Origin: the human T2T-CHM13v2.0 reference genome, Homo sapiens
Direction: 5' to 3' (one strand)
Length of the DNA: 64,000 bases
NCBI RefSeq assembly: GCF_009914755.1
Contig: NC_060930.1
Positions 12,322 through 29,304 of this stretch are shown piece by piece; position 1 is the stretch's first letter; each line of letters begins with the position of its first letter. A program made the position numbers and the translations under genes. The notes under the pieces are model-generated. The model worked only from the letters and a program-made list of their open reading frames with translations, was not told where the DNA came from and did not search any database.

Positions 12322-14956
12322 GAAACCCAAACACTTGAAAAACCAGAGAAAACTCAGGAAAAAAGTAAAAGATGATGCAATCAGATGATTAAGTGGTGTC
12401 ATAATGTATGTAATTTTTCTAAACATACTACTCATTAATAGAAGTTAGAGCATCAATTTGAATGTAGTTATTCTACAGTGGTTGGAAGTCAACCTCCCTG
12501 GTTAAAGAAAAAGGTATCAGATTTCATCTGTTTTTCTGAATCAGGTGAATGTTTTAAAGTACCTTGTCTCTAAGCCAGCTTTCACTACGACATTGCTTTT
12601 CAGAAAGCACTATTGATTCCTATGGCTACCTTGTGGTTGCTGCAACAAGTCTAAATTATTCCTGGGTCTCAAGTGAGACCCTCATCATCTGGCCACCACA
12701 CTTAACCTTATTTCCTTCAATTCCCCAGCTGCAACTTCTACAGACTCTATACTATTCATGCTGCGTAGCTGTTATTTTCTTTTAGTCCACAATGACTTCC
12801 CCATTTTTCTCTGCCTATTCACCAAGCATAACTATCCTTCACAGATCAAATTAAGTTCTACCTAATCTATCAAATCACATTCATCTATGAATTCTTCTCT
12901 GACTGCTCTTGCCTATAGTATATAGCCAACCTTCCTGGTTAAGGAGAAAAGTATCAAATTCCATCTGTTTTTGCCAACAAACCTTTCTTTATTGAATACT
13001 TCATAATATAATAAAGTAACATAATATCAATGATACTAATGTAATAAATTCAATTCCATTAATTTTTTGAAAATTTTGCTGATATAAGGAAGAGAAACAA
13101 TAAATATATTGTTCTAAGGAATTGCATCATTGTCCAAATGATTTATAGTTATAGGAGCACAAAATTTTATTTTCAGTAAAAATGTTTATTGAGCCTCTCA
13201 ATAAATAGAAATAATTATATATAGTTATATGCTATACATAATATATAAAACATTATGTATATTGAGGGTTGTGTGTGTGTGTGTGTATAATGTATACCAA
13301 GGCTAGGCTCTTGAGATAAATATATCCTGGGCTAGGCTCTTGAGATAAATTAAGAAATACAATCACAATCTGGTAGGGAAGAAGAAACAAACCAAAGATC
13401 AAACTTATTTTCAATATATCATGATACCTGTGTAGCACATACATGAGCAAAGTACTTAGAAACCACCTAATGCAGCTGCGTTATTTCAAAGCTGAAAATA
13501 TTGAGCTCGTAAAGAGCGTGTATATTTAGGTAGCGGAATCTGGGACTGGACTCTAAGCTGTTTATTGGTTGCTTCAACCTAATTAAAGTCTACAAAGAGA
13601 AAATTATCTACAGAGAAAATGTTTACTCAATAGCATAGCAAATCAGCACAGCTCTGGATTTCACCTGAAATACATCTCACCAAGCTCTCCGGCCAGGAAT
13701 ATGTTTTTTTTTTTTTTTCTGGTTATAGAGAAATGGCCCAGCCGGGGAGTGGTAGAGCATTAATCTCACCATTAAGGCTCTGACATTGCTGAGGTCTTTA
13801 CCACCAGTGAGTAGCAATTATTTTTGTAGTAGAGGTCCATGTACAGAGAATTGATTCTCCAGTGCATATGAATATCCCCTATTAGCCCCACTTGATAAGT
13901 GGGAGCTGTGCTTTCGCCTGTCTACAATTGCCCAATCGAACAGTCTCTCTTCATGCATAAACATCACTCCTGCTATCACTAATGGGAAAGGGTTCCACAG
14001 GGCTGTGGAAAATAGAGCCCACAGTCTTTTGATAAATCTGTCAAATGTGACATGTTCTATGTGAAGAGCAGCACCATGGCTGATTAAATGAGCAACCCAG
14101 TGTACAGTACAATAATGTGTCAAAGCACTTCAGTGCAGACAGCTGTTTGCAGCTCTGGGAGAAATATCAGGACTTAAAATGAGAGTCATTAGCAGGAACC
14201 CAGGTAAAAATGTCCACACTGCCAACATCGCAGACATCTCTCATTGATATGCCTTTCATCTCCCTTCCCTCCTTTACCTTGTTTTGGTCACTCTCTTAGG
14301 ACCAAATACATACATCTGGACAAGGAATTCTGTAGTACTGAGGTGACAGGCTGGAGACAAGAACACAGCTTACCTGTCATCTGTGTGGATGCAGCACAGG
14401 CCTACAACCTATCTCTGTCTGTCCTTCAACATTGTGACCACAGGACATGTTGTGCCTGGCAAAATTCTCACCAATCAAAGCTTTCCCTTGAGGGTCCCTG
14501 GTCTCCCTTCTGCATGCATGCACCCAGGACCCTCACACCGCTCCACAAGCCCCATCCAGTGTCTACCAGGATCCCTCGGAGCTCCCACCTCTCTATCATC
14601 TGCCTTGGGGCATCCAAAGAGTTTCTAAATTCGGTAGAATAAAGGCTATAGTGTTATTCCTCTTTTTTGTATTTTAAGTAATTTGATAAAAATCTTACAT
14701 GAATTGGTTGAAAGCAGGCCGATCCTTAGAACAATAAAATTATCAGATCCCTTATTATGCTGATGAAATGGACTTATAAATAGCAGCTAAGGGTAATATT
14801 AAGAAATAACTGTACCTGGAGGCTAATTGTTACCAGAAATAACAGTTTGGCATTATCCATGATAAAATAAAATTATTGTATGAAAATTTCCAAATTGGAG
14901 AATATTTTTTAAAATAGGTCAATTCATTCAGACACCTGGAAGAATACTTTTCACTT

Positions 14957-15172
14957 AATAATTATAAATAAGAGTATTAAGTACCTACCACATACTTAGC
15001 ATTGTGCTAAGTGTATTGCCTCATGTCAGTCTCACAATAGCATCCTGAACTACGTAGCACCCTTGCATATGCTTTATAAATAAGAAAACTTATAATTAAA
15101 AGAGTAATTTGCCTAAGATCCCACAGATAATAAATGATGGAGCTGGGATTTGAATTTAGGTTTATCCGACTT
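14957..15172 (-). mobile_element. MIR SINE
   Basis: cattgtgctaag...aagaaaact...taatttgcctaagatcccacag...ggagctgggatttgaa. Confidence 0.7.
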
Positions 15173-16317
15173 AATCACATGTGGGGCTGATGGCTAAACA
15201 ACATTGTTTCTCATGAGCCAATTCATGTCCATGAAACCAAAAGAAAGGTACAGTGTTCTTCTAAAGTCAGTTGCCCTATAGGGCTCTTTGATGGTCTATG
15301 GGTCTAATTGGTACTACCAGTGCTTGCATTTTTTTTTTAGGTAAAAATAAGTTTCCTTTCATATTATGTGTCTAGAATGCTAGAATCTTCTCTGAGTATT
15401 TGCTCAAGCACGTAAAGAGATTAAACTCCATTTTAAAAATAGTAATGGCTTTGTTTATAACTATTCTCACAGCCTACCTCCATAGGTAAGGCTAAAATTG
15501 ACATCAAAGTAATTTACAACATTTGAATGTCTGGTATCTAAAACTTACAAATTTCTTTTTAATAAAAAATGAAAAATATTCTCCCTTTAGTCTGATCACA
15601 TAATTTAATCATGAACTAACTTTGATACTAAAGGTGATAGGAACTCTCATCTTTGAGCCAAAGCAGCAGGAGGAAACTCACTGAATTAAGCTTATCAGAA
15701 ACGTGATGAACTAGAGTTGATCATGAACTGTAGTATCCCAGATTTTAGAAAAATGCTTTCTGTGAGTTACAATTTCATGTTACAACTTCAACTTTTATAG
15801 TCAATACACACTACCCTCCATTTATGGAAGAACTGTGTATCTTTTACAAAATAACTGAGCACATCATTTATCACGTTACCCAGTGTCCATTCCATAAAGA
15901 TCCAAATGACAGATCCCTTCCAGAATTTATTGCAATTGTCTTTCCAGAATAACTTGTGGCCTCCACAATTACTATTCAATACATACCACCCAACCCCTGG
16001 ATTTCCTATATTGTTTTTGTGCCAAGACTATATTGTGCTTTGTCCTTTGTGAAACATGGAGCCCAATATAATCTTAGCAATAGCAACCAACCAATCATGA
16101 ATTCCTGTCAAATTTCTGCTGTTTCTCTAAATGATCTTTGATATATCTACTTTTTTTCTTTTTGATGTTTATCTTTACTGTCCAACTGTATTTATAGTTT
16201 AGTTTCATAAATTGTTGCTTATATTACATGGGTAAAGTCAATAGATAACTACAAATTAGACAGATGAATGGATAGCTATACACATTTACATAACATACAT
16301 AAATAAATATATACACT

Positions 16318-17726
16318 GGGTTGTCGGCAAAGCCTGAGTCCTGTCCTCTCGCTCTCCACCCACCCCTCCCCCAACCCCAGAGAGCAAGAACTTCACCACT
16401 CGCTCCACCTTCTCCACCAACTACTGGTCCCTGGGCCCAGCTACAGGCTCTGCCAATTAGCAGCGCGGCTAGCCTCTATGCAGGCGCCAGGGGGCTCTGG
16501 TTCCCGGATGTCCGTGTCCCACTCCACCAGCCTCCGGGACGGCATAAGTTCCGGGGGCCTGGCGCGGGGATGGCCAGGGGTCTGGGAGGAATGGGAGGCA
16601 TCCAGAACAAGAAGGAAACCACGCAAAGCCTGAATGACAGCCTGGCGGTCAGAGTAAGGAGTCTGGAGACTGAGAACCGGAAGCTCGAAAGCAAAATCCG
16701 GGAGCACTTGGAGAAGAAGGGACCCCAGGTCAGAGACTGGAGCCATTACTTCAAGACCATCGAGGACCTGAGGGCTCAGATCTTCGCAAATACTGTGGAC
16801 AATGTCCGCATCTTTCTGCAGATCGACAATGCCCGTCTTGCTGCTGATGACTTTAGAGTCAAGTATGAGACAGAGCTGGCCATGCGCCAGTCTGTGGAGA
16901 GCGACATCTATGGGCTCCACAAGGTCATTGATGACACCAATGTCATCAATGGCTGCAGCTGGAGACAGAGATCGAAGCTCTCAAGGAGGAGCTGTTCTTC
17001 ATGAAGAAGAACCACGGAGAGGAAGTAAAATGCCTACAAGCCCAGATTGCCAGCTCTGGGTTGACCATGGAGGTAGATGCCCCCAAATCTCAGGACCTCG
17101 CCAAGATCACAGCAGACATCTCGACCCGATATGACGAGCTGGCTCGGAAGAACCGAGAAGAGCTGGACAAGTACTGGTCTCAGCCGATTGAGGAGAGCAC
17201 CACAGAGGTCACCATGCAGTCCGCCAAGGTTAGAGCTGCTGAGATGACATTCATGGAGCTGAGACGTACAGTCCAGTCCTTGGAGATCGACCTGGACTTG
17301 ATGAGAAATCCGAAGGCCAGCTTGGAGAACAGCCTGAGGGAGGTGGAGGCCTGTTATGCCCTGCAGATGGAGCAGCTCAACCTGGATCCTGGATCCTGCT
17401 GCACCTGGAGTCAGAGCTAACACAGACCCGGGCAGAGGGACAGCTCTCCAAGCCCAGAAGTACAAGGCCCTGCTGAACATCAAGAACAAGCTGGAGGCTG
17501 AGATCGCCACCTACTGCCTCCTGCTGGAAGATGGCAAGGACTTCAATCTTGGTGATACCCTGGACAGCAGCAACCCCATGCAAACCATCCAAAAGACCAC
17601 CACCAGCCGGATAGTGGATGGCAAAGTGGTGTCTGAGACCAACGACACCAAAGTTTGGAGACATTAAGCCAGCAGAAGCAGAGTACCCTTTGGGGACCAG
17701 GAGGCCAATAAAAAGCTCAGAGGTAG
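16318..17726 (+). pseudogene. KRT18: Keratin 18 processed pseudogene
   Basis: Intronless copy of the KRT18 mRNA from the 5'UTR (gcaaagcctgagtcctgtcc) to AATAAA (17707-17712). ORF pieces read [41 protein letters not shown] and LEAEIATY...IVDGKVVSETNDTKV. Start codon mutated to AAG (16386-16388), several frameshifts and deletions, stop at 17665-17667. The symbol names the parent gene; the pseudogene number is not assigned. Confidence 0.97.
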
Positions 17727-17730
17727 ATAA

Positions 17731-17734
<4 letters not shown>

Positions 17735-17782
<48 letters not shown>
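17735..17782. repeat. (TA)n microsatellite, about 24 units
   Basis: Directly visible. Confidence 0.97.
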
Positions 17783-17784
<2 letters not shown>

Positions 17785-19861
17785 ACACATATATACACAC
17801 ACAGAGGTGGTACAGTAAAATGAAATTGAAGATGGGGACTTAGATTCTAATTCAAGATGGCTAACTAGAGACATCAGACATCCACCCTCTCCAGAAAGAA
17901 GAACCAAAATTATGAATAGACAGTTGTACCCCAAATAGAATATCTAGTAAAGAACACCAGAACTCAACAAAGAACTCACAGGAAACATCTGAGGCACTGA
18001 AGGGGAAGGAAGCAAGTGACCACTCAACCAAGGTTGGCCAGGAGCCTCACCTCAGGTGGCTCAGTATTGCTGGGTAAGAGTTAGCAAGAGAGCTTTGTTG
18101 CCCCACATCCCTGCCATGGACTCCTGCCATCTGAACTGCAGGAGAGCTCCTCTACCCATATGTACAGTGATACAAGTATGAGTGGCAGTTTGGAGACCCT
18201 GCGAGGTCATTGCACCAGACAGGAAACTCGCACTGGGCCAATTACTCCCCACCCCAATACTTGGACAGCTGTGGAGAGGGTGCCATTTGGGGAACGCAGC
18301 CATCACGGGACTCCATCTTACCCTAAGAACAACAGCCCTCATATCTCCATACCCTGGGAGCTCTCACTGACATTTCCCAGTGTCTACTAGGAGGGCTACA
18401 GCAGCACAGAGCTGGCTGGTCCCAAAGGTGCTACAGGGTCCTCAGTTCTCTAGCCCACAGGGAGTGCTACTCACTGGAGAAGAGATGGTACAAGTGCACC
18501 AAAAGGCAGCCCTCCAGACAAAGCAAAACAAGGCATGTGCTTTCCAGAGTTCAAGAGCTGCCTGTCTAAAACTGTGAGGAGTGACCCCACCCCCCAGGAG
18601 CAGCACAAACTCTGTGCTTGCCTTTGTAAGCGAAGGGTAAAATCCACTCCCACAGGTGGGGTGGCCTCTGTGCTTGGGCACTCAGGTAGGAAACAGGACC
18701 CCTACCCTTCCTCCACACACCCACTTCTGCTGCTGTCAAAGGCTGGGGCAGATGAGTTAGAGAACTACCTGTCTGGGGTGGTAAGTGGCAACTGTGACAC
18801 CACTGGCAGAGTAGCCTTCTTGCCTTGGCTCATGAGTGAGGCAGGTCCCTCACCCCCTGCAACATGGCACTACAGCACTACTGCTACAGTGATCAGGTGA
18901 GCCTGAGAGCAGAGCGTCTGGGGCTATGGGGGTAAGTGAACCACAGCCACCACCACCACCATTCATTACCTGAAGTATCATCTCACCACTGCTACTGCCA
19001 TTACACACACCACACTAGCTATCCAGAGGCCTGAGAACCTGCTCAACCACCCCCAGCCCACCACTGCCACTACCAGTACCTGAGCAAACCACCTGGAGTC
19101 CCAAGAATTGGCCCACCATTAACTGCCAATGCAAGTGCCAGTGTAAACTGCCCTGGGGCTCAAAGTCAGGTATGCATAGCCCACCACTGCCACCACTAGG
19201 GCCTGAATATTGGCCCATCTGGCTTCCCAGTCCCCCACAACTTCACCACAACCTCCATAAATGACTGCACCCTAACCCCGATGAGAAAATCACAGAAAGC
19301 ACTAACACTGTTTATAGCCAAAGAAATCACACAGAGATTACACTACTGATTGCACCCAGAATCAAAGCTAAAGTGCTGTACTCAACCAACACCATGGATA
19401 TATCTTTAGGAAAAGTTCTATCCTACAAAAATAAATTAAAAAATAGGAAGAAGTGACTATTACACAAGATGGGTAGATATCCACATAAGGACACAGAAAA
19501 CATGAAAAGGCAAGGAAATATGACACCTTTAAAAAAACACAATAATTCTCCAGCAATAGATCTCAATCAACAGAATCTTCAAAATGCCAGATAAATATTC
19601 AAAATATTGATTTTAAAGAAGCTCAATGAGACACAAGAGACTTCTGAAAAACAATATTTAAAAAAAAATTTAATTAAGGATACAAATGAGAAAGTTACCA
19701 AAGAGATAGATATTTTTAAAAGAACCAAATAGAAATTTTAGAAATGAAAAATTCAGTGAAGGAAATACATAATATATTTGAAAGCTTCAACAATAGACTA
19801 GATCAGGCAGAAGAAAGAATCTCAGAACTTAAAGACAGGTCTTTTGAAATAACCCATTCAG

Positions 19862-19967
19862 GTTGGTCTGTGCAGCAAACCAGCATGGCACATGTTTACC
19901 TATGTAACAAACCCACACATCCTGCACATGTAGCCTGGAATTTAAAATAAATGTTGAAAAAATAAAA
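19862..19967 (+). mobile_element. Very short L1PA 3' tip (old L1PA15/16-like) inside ORF1 of the host L1
   Basis: gtgcagcaaacc...catggcacatgtttacctatgtaacaaacc plus A-rich tail; TSD gaaa(t/g)aacccattcag at 19846-19861 and 19968-19983. Confidence 0.88.
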
Positions 19968-22291
19968 GAAAGAACCCATTCAGACAAAAATAAAGAAAAA
20001 ATAATAAAACAGAATGAGCAGAGGCTTCATGACATTTGAGACAACATAAAATAACCAAATATACAAATTATCAGTATCCCCAAGGACAAAAAAAAAGCAG
20101 AGGAAAGATAAGAAAACCAATTTAAAGAAATGACAGATGAAAACTTCCTAAGTTGAGCAAAAGATTTAGTCATTCAGATAAAAGAGGCTCAATGATCCCA
20201 GGCAGATACAATGAAAAAAAGGTTTTCTCCACAGCACATTATAGTCAGACGCTCTAACATCAAAGATACAGAGTGAATCCTAAAAACATCAAGAGAAAGC
20301 CTGTAGTCACTTGTAAAGGAAGTCCCATCAGACTAACAGCAGATTTCTCAGAAGAATTCTTACAGGCCAGAAGAGAACGTGATAATATAGTCAAAGGGAG
20401 AAAAAAAAAAAAACCTGTCAGCCAAGAACACAATATTTACCAAAATTATTATTCATAATTGTCTTTCCCAGTAAAGCAAATACTGAAGAAATTCATTATC
20501 ACTAGACCAGACCTACAAGAAACATTCATGGTAGTCCTATACCCGAAAGCAAAATAACAACATTTACTATCATGAAAACACACAAAATATAAAACCCACT
20601 GGTAAAATGATCACACAAAAAAGGAAGAGAAAGGACTCAAATGGTATCACTACAGAAATCAAACAGATCACAATGACAAACAATAAGAGAAAAAGAAACA
20701 AGGAATATATAAAACAACTGGAAAACAATATATAAAACAGCTGGAAAACAATTAACAATATGACAGGAATGAAGCTTCAATATCAATAATAACCTTGAAC
20801 ATAAATTAATTAAATTCTCCACTTAAAATATATAGAATGTCTGAATGAATTTTAAAAATACAATCTAACTATATGCTGTTTACAAGAAACTCACTTTACC
20901 ATTAAAGACACATATAGCCTAAACGTAAAGGAATTAAAAAAAAACTCACACAAATGGAAACTAAAAATGAGGAGGAGTCACTATACTTATATCAGATAAA
21001 ACAGACTTTAAGTCAAGAATAGTTTTTTTAAAAAGGACAAAGAAGGTTACTATATAATGATAAAGGGATTAATCCAGCAAAAGGATATATAAAAATTCTG
21101 AATATATATGCACCCAACACTAGAGCACCCAGATTCATAAAGCTAATATTGCTAGTGAGGTACTTCACAAAACTAGTAGGGTAATTCAATACCCCACTCT
21201 CAGCACTAGACAAATCATCTAAATAAAAAAAGCAACAAAAAAAAATTGGATTTAAACTGTATTTTAGACTAAATGAACCTGACAGACATTTACAAAACAT
21301 TCTGTTCAACAAGTGAACATATGAAGCATTTTCTAGGACAGACCATGTTCAGCCACAAAACAGTCTAAACAAATTTTTAAAAATCAAAACCATATCAAGT
21401 ATCATTTCAGACTACAATGGAATAAAACTGGAAATAAATACCTAGAGGAACTTTGGAAACGATACAAATACATAGAAATTAAACAACTTGCTCATGAATG
21501 ACCACGAAGTCAATGAAGAAACTAAAATGAAAATCAAAGAGTTTCTTAAAATAAATGAAAATGGAAAAACAGCATACCAAAACCTGTGGAATACAGCAAA
21601 AGCAGTGCTGAGGGGAATTTGCAACAATAAACCCCTAGATCAAAATGTAGAAGTGCTACAAATTAACAATCTAATGACACATCTCAAGAAAACAGAAAAG
21701 CAAAAACAAAATAAACCCAAAATTAGCAGAAGAAAAGAAATAATGAAAATCAGAGTAGAATTAAATGAAATAGAGACTTAAAAATAGAAAGGATCAATTA
21801 AAAAAAAAGTTGATTCCTTTAAGCCACTAGCTACACTAACCAAGAAGAGAGAAGACCCAAATAAACAAAGTCAGAAAAAGGAGACATGGAAACCAATACC
21901 ACAGAAATATAAAACAATACAGAGACTATTAAGAGCAACTATATGCCGACAACATGGAAAACCTAGAGAAAACGTATAGATTCCTAGAAACATCCCACCT
22001 CCCAAGACTGAATCGGGAAGAAATAGAAAACCTGAACAGACCAGTAATGAGTAGCAAGATTGAATCAGTAATAAAAAAGTCTCCTGACAAAGAAAAGCCC
22101 AGAACTGAATGTATTAATAGCCAAATTCTACCAATCATGCAAAGAAGAACTAACACTAATCCTCCTGAAACTCTTCCAAAAAATCAAAGAGGAAGGAATT
22201 TTCTCTAACTAATTCTATGAGGTCTGCATCACCCTGATGCCAAAACCAGAGAAGGACACAACAAGAAAAAAAATTACAGGCCAATGTTTCT

Positions 22292-22597
22292 TTTTCTTTT
22301 CTTTCCTTCTTTTTTTTTTTAGATGGAGTCTTGCTCTGTCGCCTAGCCTGGAGTGCAGTGACGTGATCTTGGCTCACTGCAACCTATGCCTCCCGGGTTC
22401 AAGTGATTCTCCTGCCTCAGCCGCCTGAGTAGCTGGGATTACAGGCATGCTCCACCACACCCAGCTAATTTTTGTACTTTTAGTAGAGATGGGGTTTCAC
22501 CATATTGGTCAGGCTGGTCTCGAACTCCTGATGTTGTGATCCACCCGTCTTGGCCTCCCAAAGTGCTGGGATTACAGGTGTGAGCCACCCTGCCCAG
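22292..22597 (-). mobile_element. AluS (Sg-like) inside the host L1 ORF2
   Basis: Reverse dimer; 15-bp TSD caggccaatgtttct at 22277-22291 and 22598-22612. Confidence 0.95.
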
Positions 22598-24221
22598 CAG
22601 GCCAATGTTTCTGATTAACGTAGACACAAAAGCCCTCAATAAAATACTAGCAAACCAAATACAACAGTACATCAAAAAATAATAATAATATACCTCAATC
22701 AAGTGGGACTTATAACAAAGATGCAAGAAGGGTTTGCATACACAAGTCAACAAATGTGATATATCACATAAACACAATTTAGGACAAAAACCATATGATC
22801 GTCTCAATAGGTGTAGAAAAAGCATCTGATAATAATCCAATATTTTTTCATGATAAAAACTCTCAATAAATTAGACATAGAAGGAACACACTTCAAAATA
22901 ATAAAGACCATATTCAACAAACCCACAGCTAACATCATACTGAATGGGAAAAACTTGAAAGCCTTTCCTCTAAGGACTAGAACAAGACAAGAATGCCCAC
23001 TTTCACTACTCCCACTCAGCATAGAACTGAAAGTCCTAGCCAGAGCAATCAGGCAGGTGAAAGAAATAAAAAGAATCCAAACTGCAGGAGCGGAAGTCAA
23101 ACTGTTCCTTTTTGCTGATGATATAATCCTATATGTAAAGAAAAAAAAACTAAAGACTTGACCAAAACCTCTTAGATTTGATCAACGAATTAAGATGCAA
23201 AATACAAAATCAACATACAAATCTCAATAGTGTTTATATAAACCAATAATAATCTAGCCAAGAAAGAAACCAAGAAGGCAATCTCATTTACAATAGCTAC
23301 AAAAAATACTTAGAAATAAATTTTAACCAAGTAGGTGAAAGATGTTTACTAGGAAAATTGCCAAACACTAATGACAGAAATTGAAGATGACACAAACAAA
23401 TGGAAAAACACCCCATGTTCAAGGATTGAGAGAATTTAAAATGATCATATTGCCCAAAGCAATCTACAGATTCAGTTCAGTCCCTATTAAATTGCCAGCA
23501 TTATTCTGTACAGAATTAGAGAAAACAGTCCTAAAATTTATATGGAACAAAAAGCCTGAATAGCCAAAGCAATCCAGAGCAAAAAGAACAAAGCTGGAGA
23601 TATGACATGACCTGACTTCAAAATATATTACAAAGCTACAGTAACCAAAATAGTATGGTGCTGGTATATAAAAATATATATATATATATGTAGACCAATG
23701 GAAAAAAAATAGAAAACCCAGAAATAAAGCCACATATTTATAGCCAAGTGATATTTAACAAAGTCAAGATCTTTGAGGAAAGGACACCCTCTTCAACAAA
23801 TGCTGCTGGGAAAATTGGATAGCCACATGCAGAGAATCAAACTGGGCCCCTATCTTTCACGATATATGAAATTCTAATCAAAATGAATTAAAGACTTAAA
23901 TGAAAAACCCAAAATATAAAAATACTAGAATAAAACCTAGAAAAAAAGCTATCCTGAACATTGAGCTAAACAAAGAATTTATGACTGAGCCCTCAAAAGC
24001 ACAGGCAACAAAAACAAAAATTGGCAAATGGTACATAATTAAATTAAAAAGCTTCTGCACAACAAAAGAAATAATCAACAGAGTGAAAAGACAACTTACT
24101 TATTGAATGGGCAAAATATTTGCAAACGATTCTTCCAACAGAATACTAATATTAAGAATATTCAAGGAATTCAACTCAACAGGAAACAAACAAATAATGT
24201 CATTAACAAGTAGACAGAGGA

Positions 24222-28153
<3,932 letters not shown>

Positions 28154-28955
28154 GTAGACAGAGGAAATAGACATTTCTTAAAAGAGGACATACAAATGGC
28201 CAACAGGTATATGAAAAAATGTTCCCTGTCACTAATCATCAGAGAATTGCAGATCAAAACCACAATGAGGTATCATCTTAACCCACTCAGAATGGCTATT
28301 GTTAAAAAGACAAAAAATAACAGATGTTGGTGAAGATGCACAGAAAAGAGAATTCTTATACAGTATTGGTGGGAATGTAAACTGGTACAGCTAGTATGAA
28401 AAATAGCATGGAGTTTTCTCAAAAATATAAAAATAGAATTACCATTCAATCCAGCAATCCCAGTACTGGGTATCTACCCAAGGGAAAAGAACTAATATAT
28501 CAAATGGATATCTGCACTTTTACATTTACTGAAGTACTATTCAGAATATAGCAAAGATATAAAATCAAACTAAGTGTCTGTCAATGGAAGAATGGATAAA
28601 GAAATTGTGGTATATATACATAAGGGAATACTATTTAGCTATTAAAAAAGAATGAAATAATGTCATTTGTAGCAACATAGAAGGAACTGGAGGTTGTCTT
28701 AAATGAAGTAAGGCAGGCACAAATGAAAAATATCATACACTTTCATTTGTATGTGGGAGCTAAAAAGTTTGATCGCATGGAGGTAGAGAGTGAAAAGGCA
28801 GAAAACAAAGACTGAGAATCATGAATGGGAGAGCAGATAGGAGGGAGGGTGAAGAAAAATGTGTTAAAGGGTACAACCATACGGTAAGATAGAAGGAATA
28901 TATTCAATGTTTAATAGTAGAGTAGGATGACTATACTTAAAAAAAATGTATTTAC

Positions 28956-29304
<349 letters not shown>

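Noticed and set aside
13735-13806. Possible tRNA gene (AGTGGTAGAGCA, stem-loop, terminal ACCA)
   Set aside because: There is no pairing D-stem, the would-be anticodon loop is 6 nt, there is no TTCG B-box and no proper acceptor stem. Kept only as a hairpin observation.
16321-17667. Functional keratin gene or CpG-island promoter
   Set aside because: Intronless, start codon lost and frameshifted. The GC/CpG richness is inherited from the parent mRNA.
18061-19218. Several overlapping ORFs in a GC-richer stretch
   Set aside because: They lie in the 5'UTR of the old L1 and show no recognisable protein similarity.
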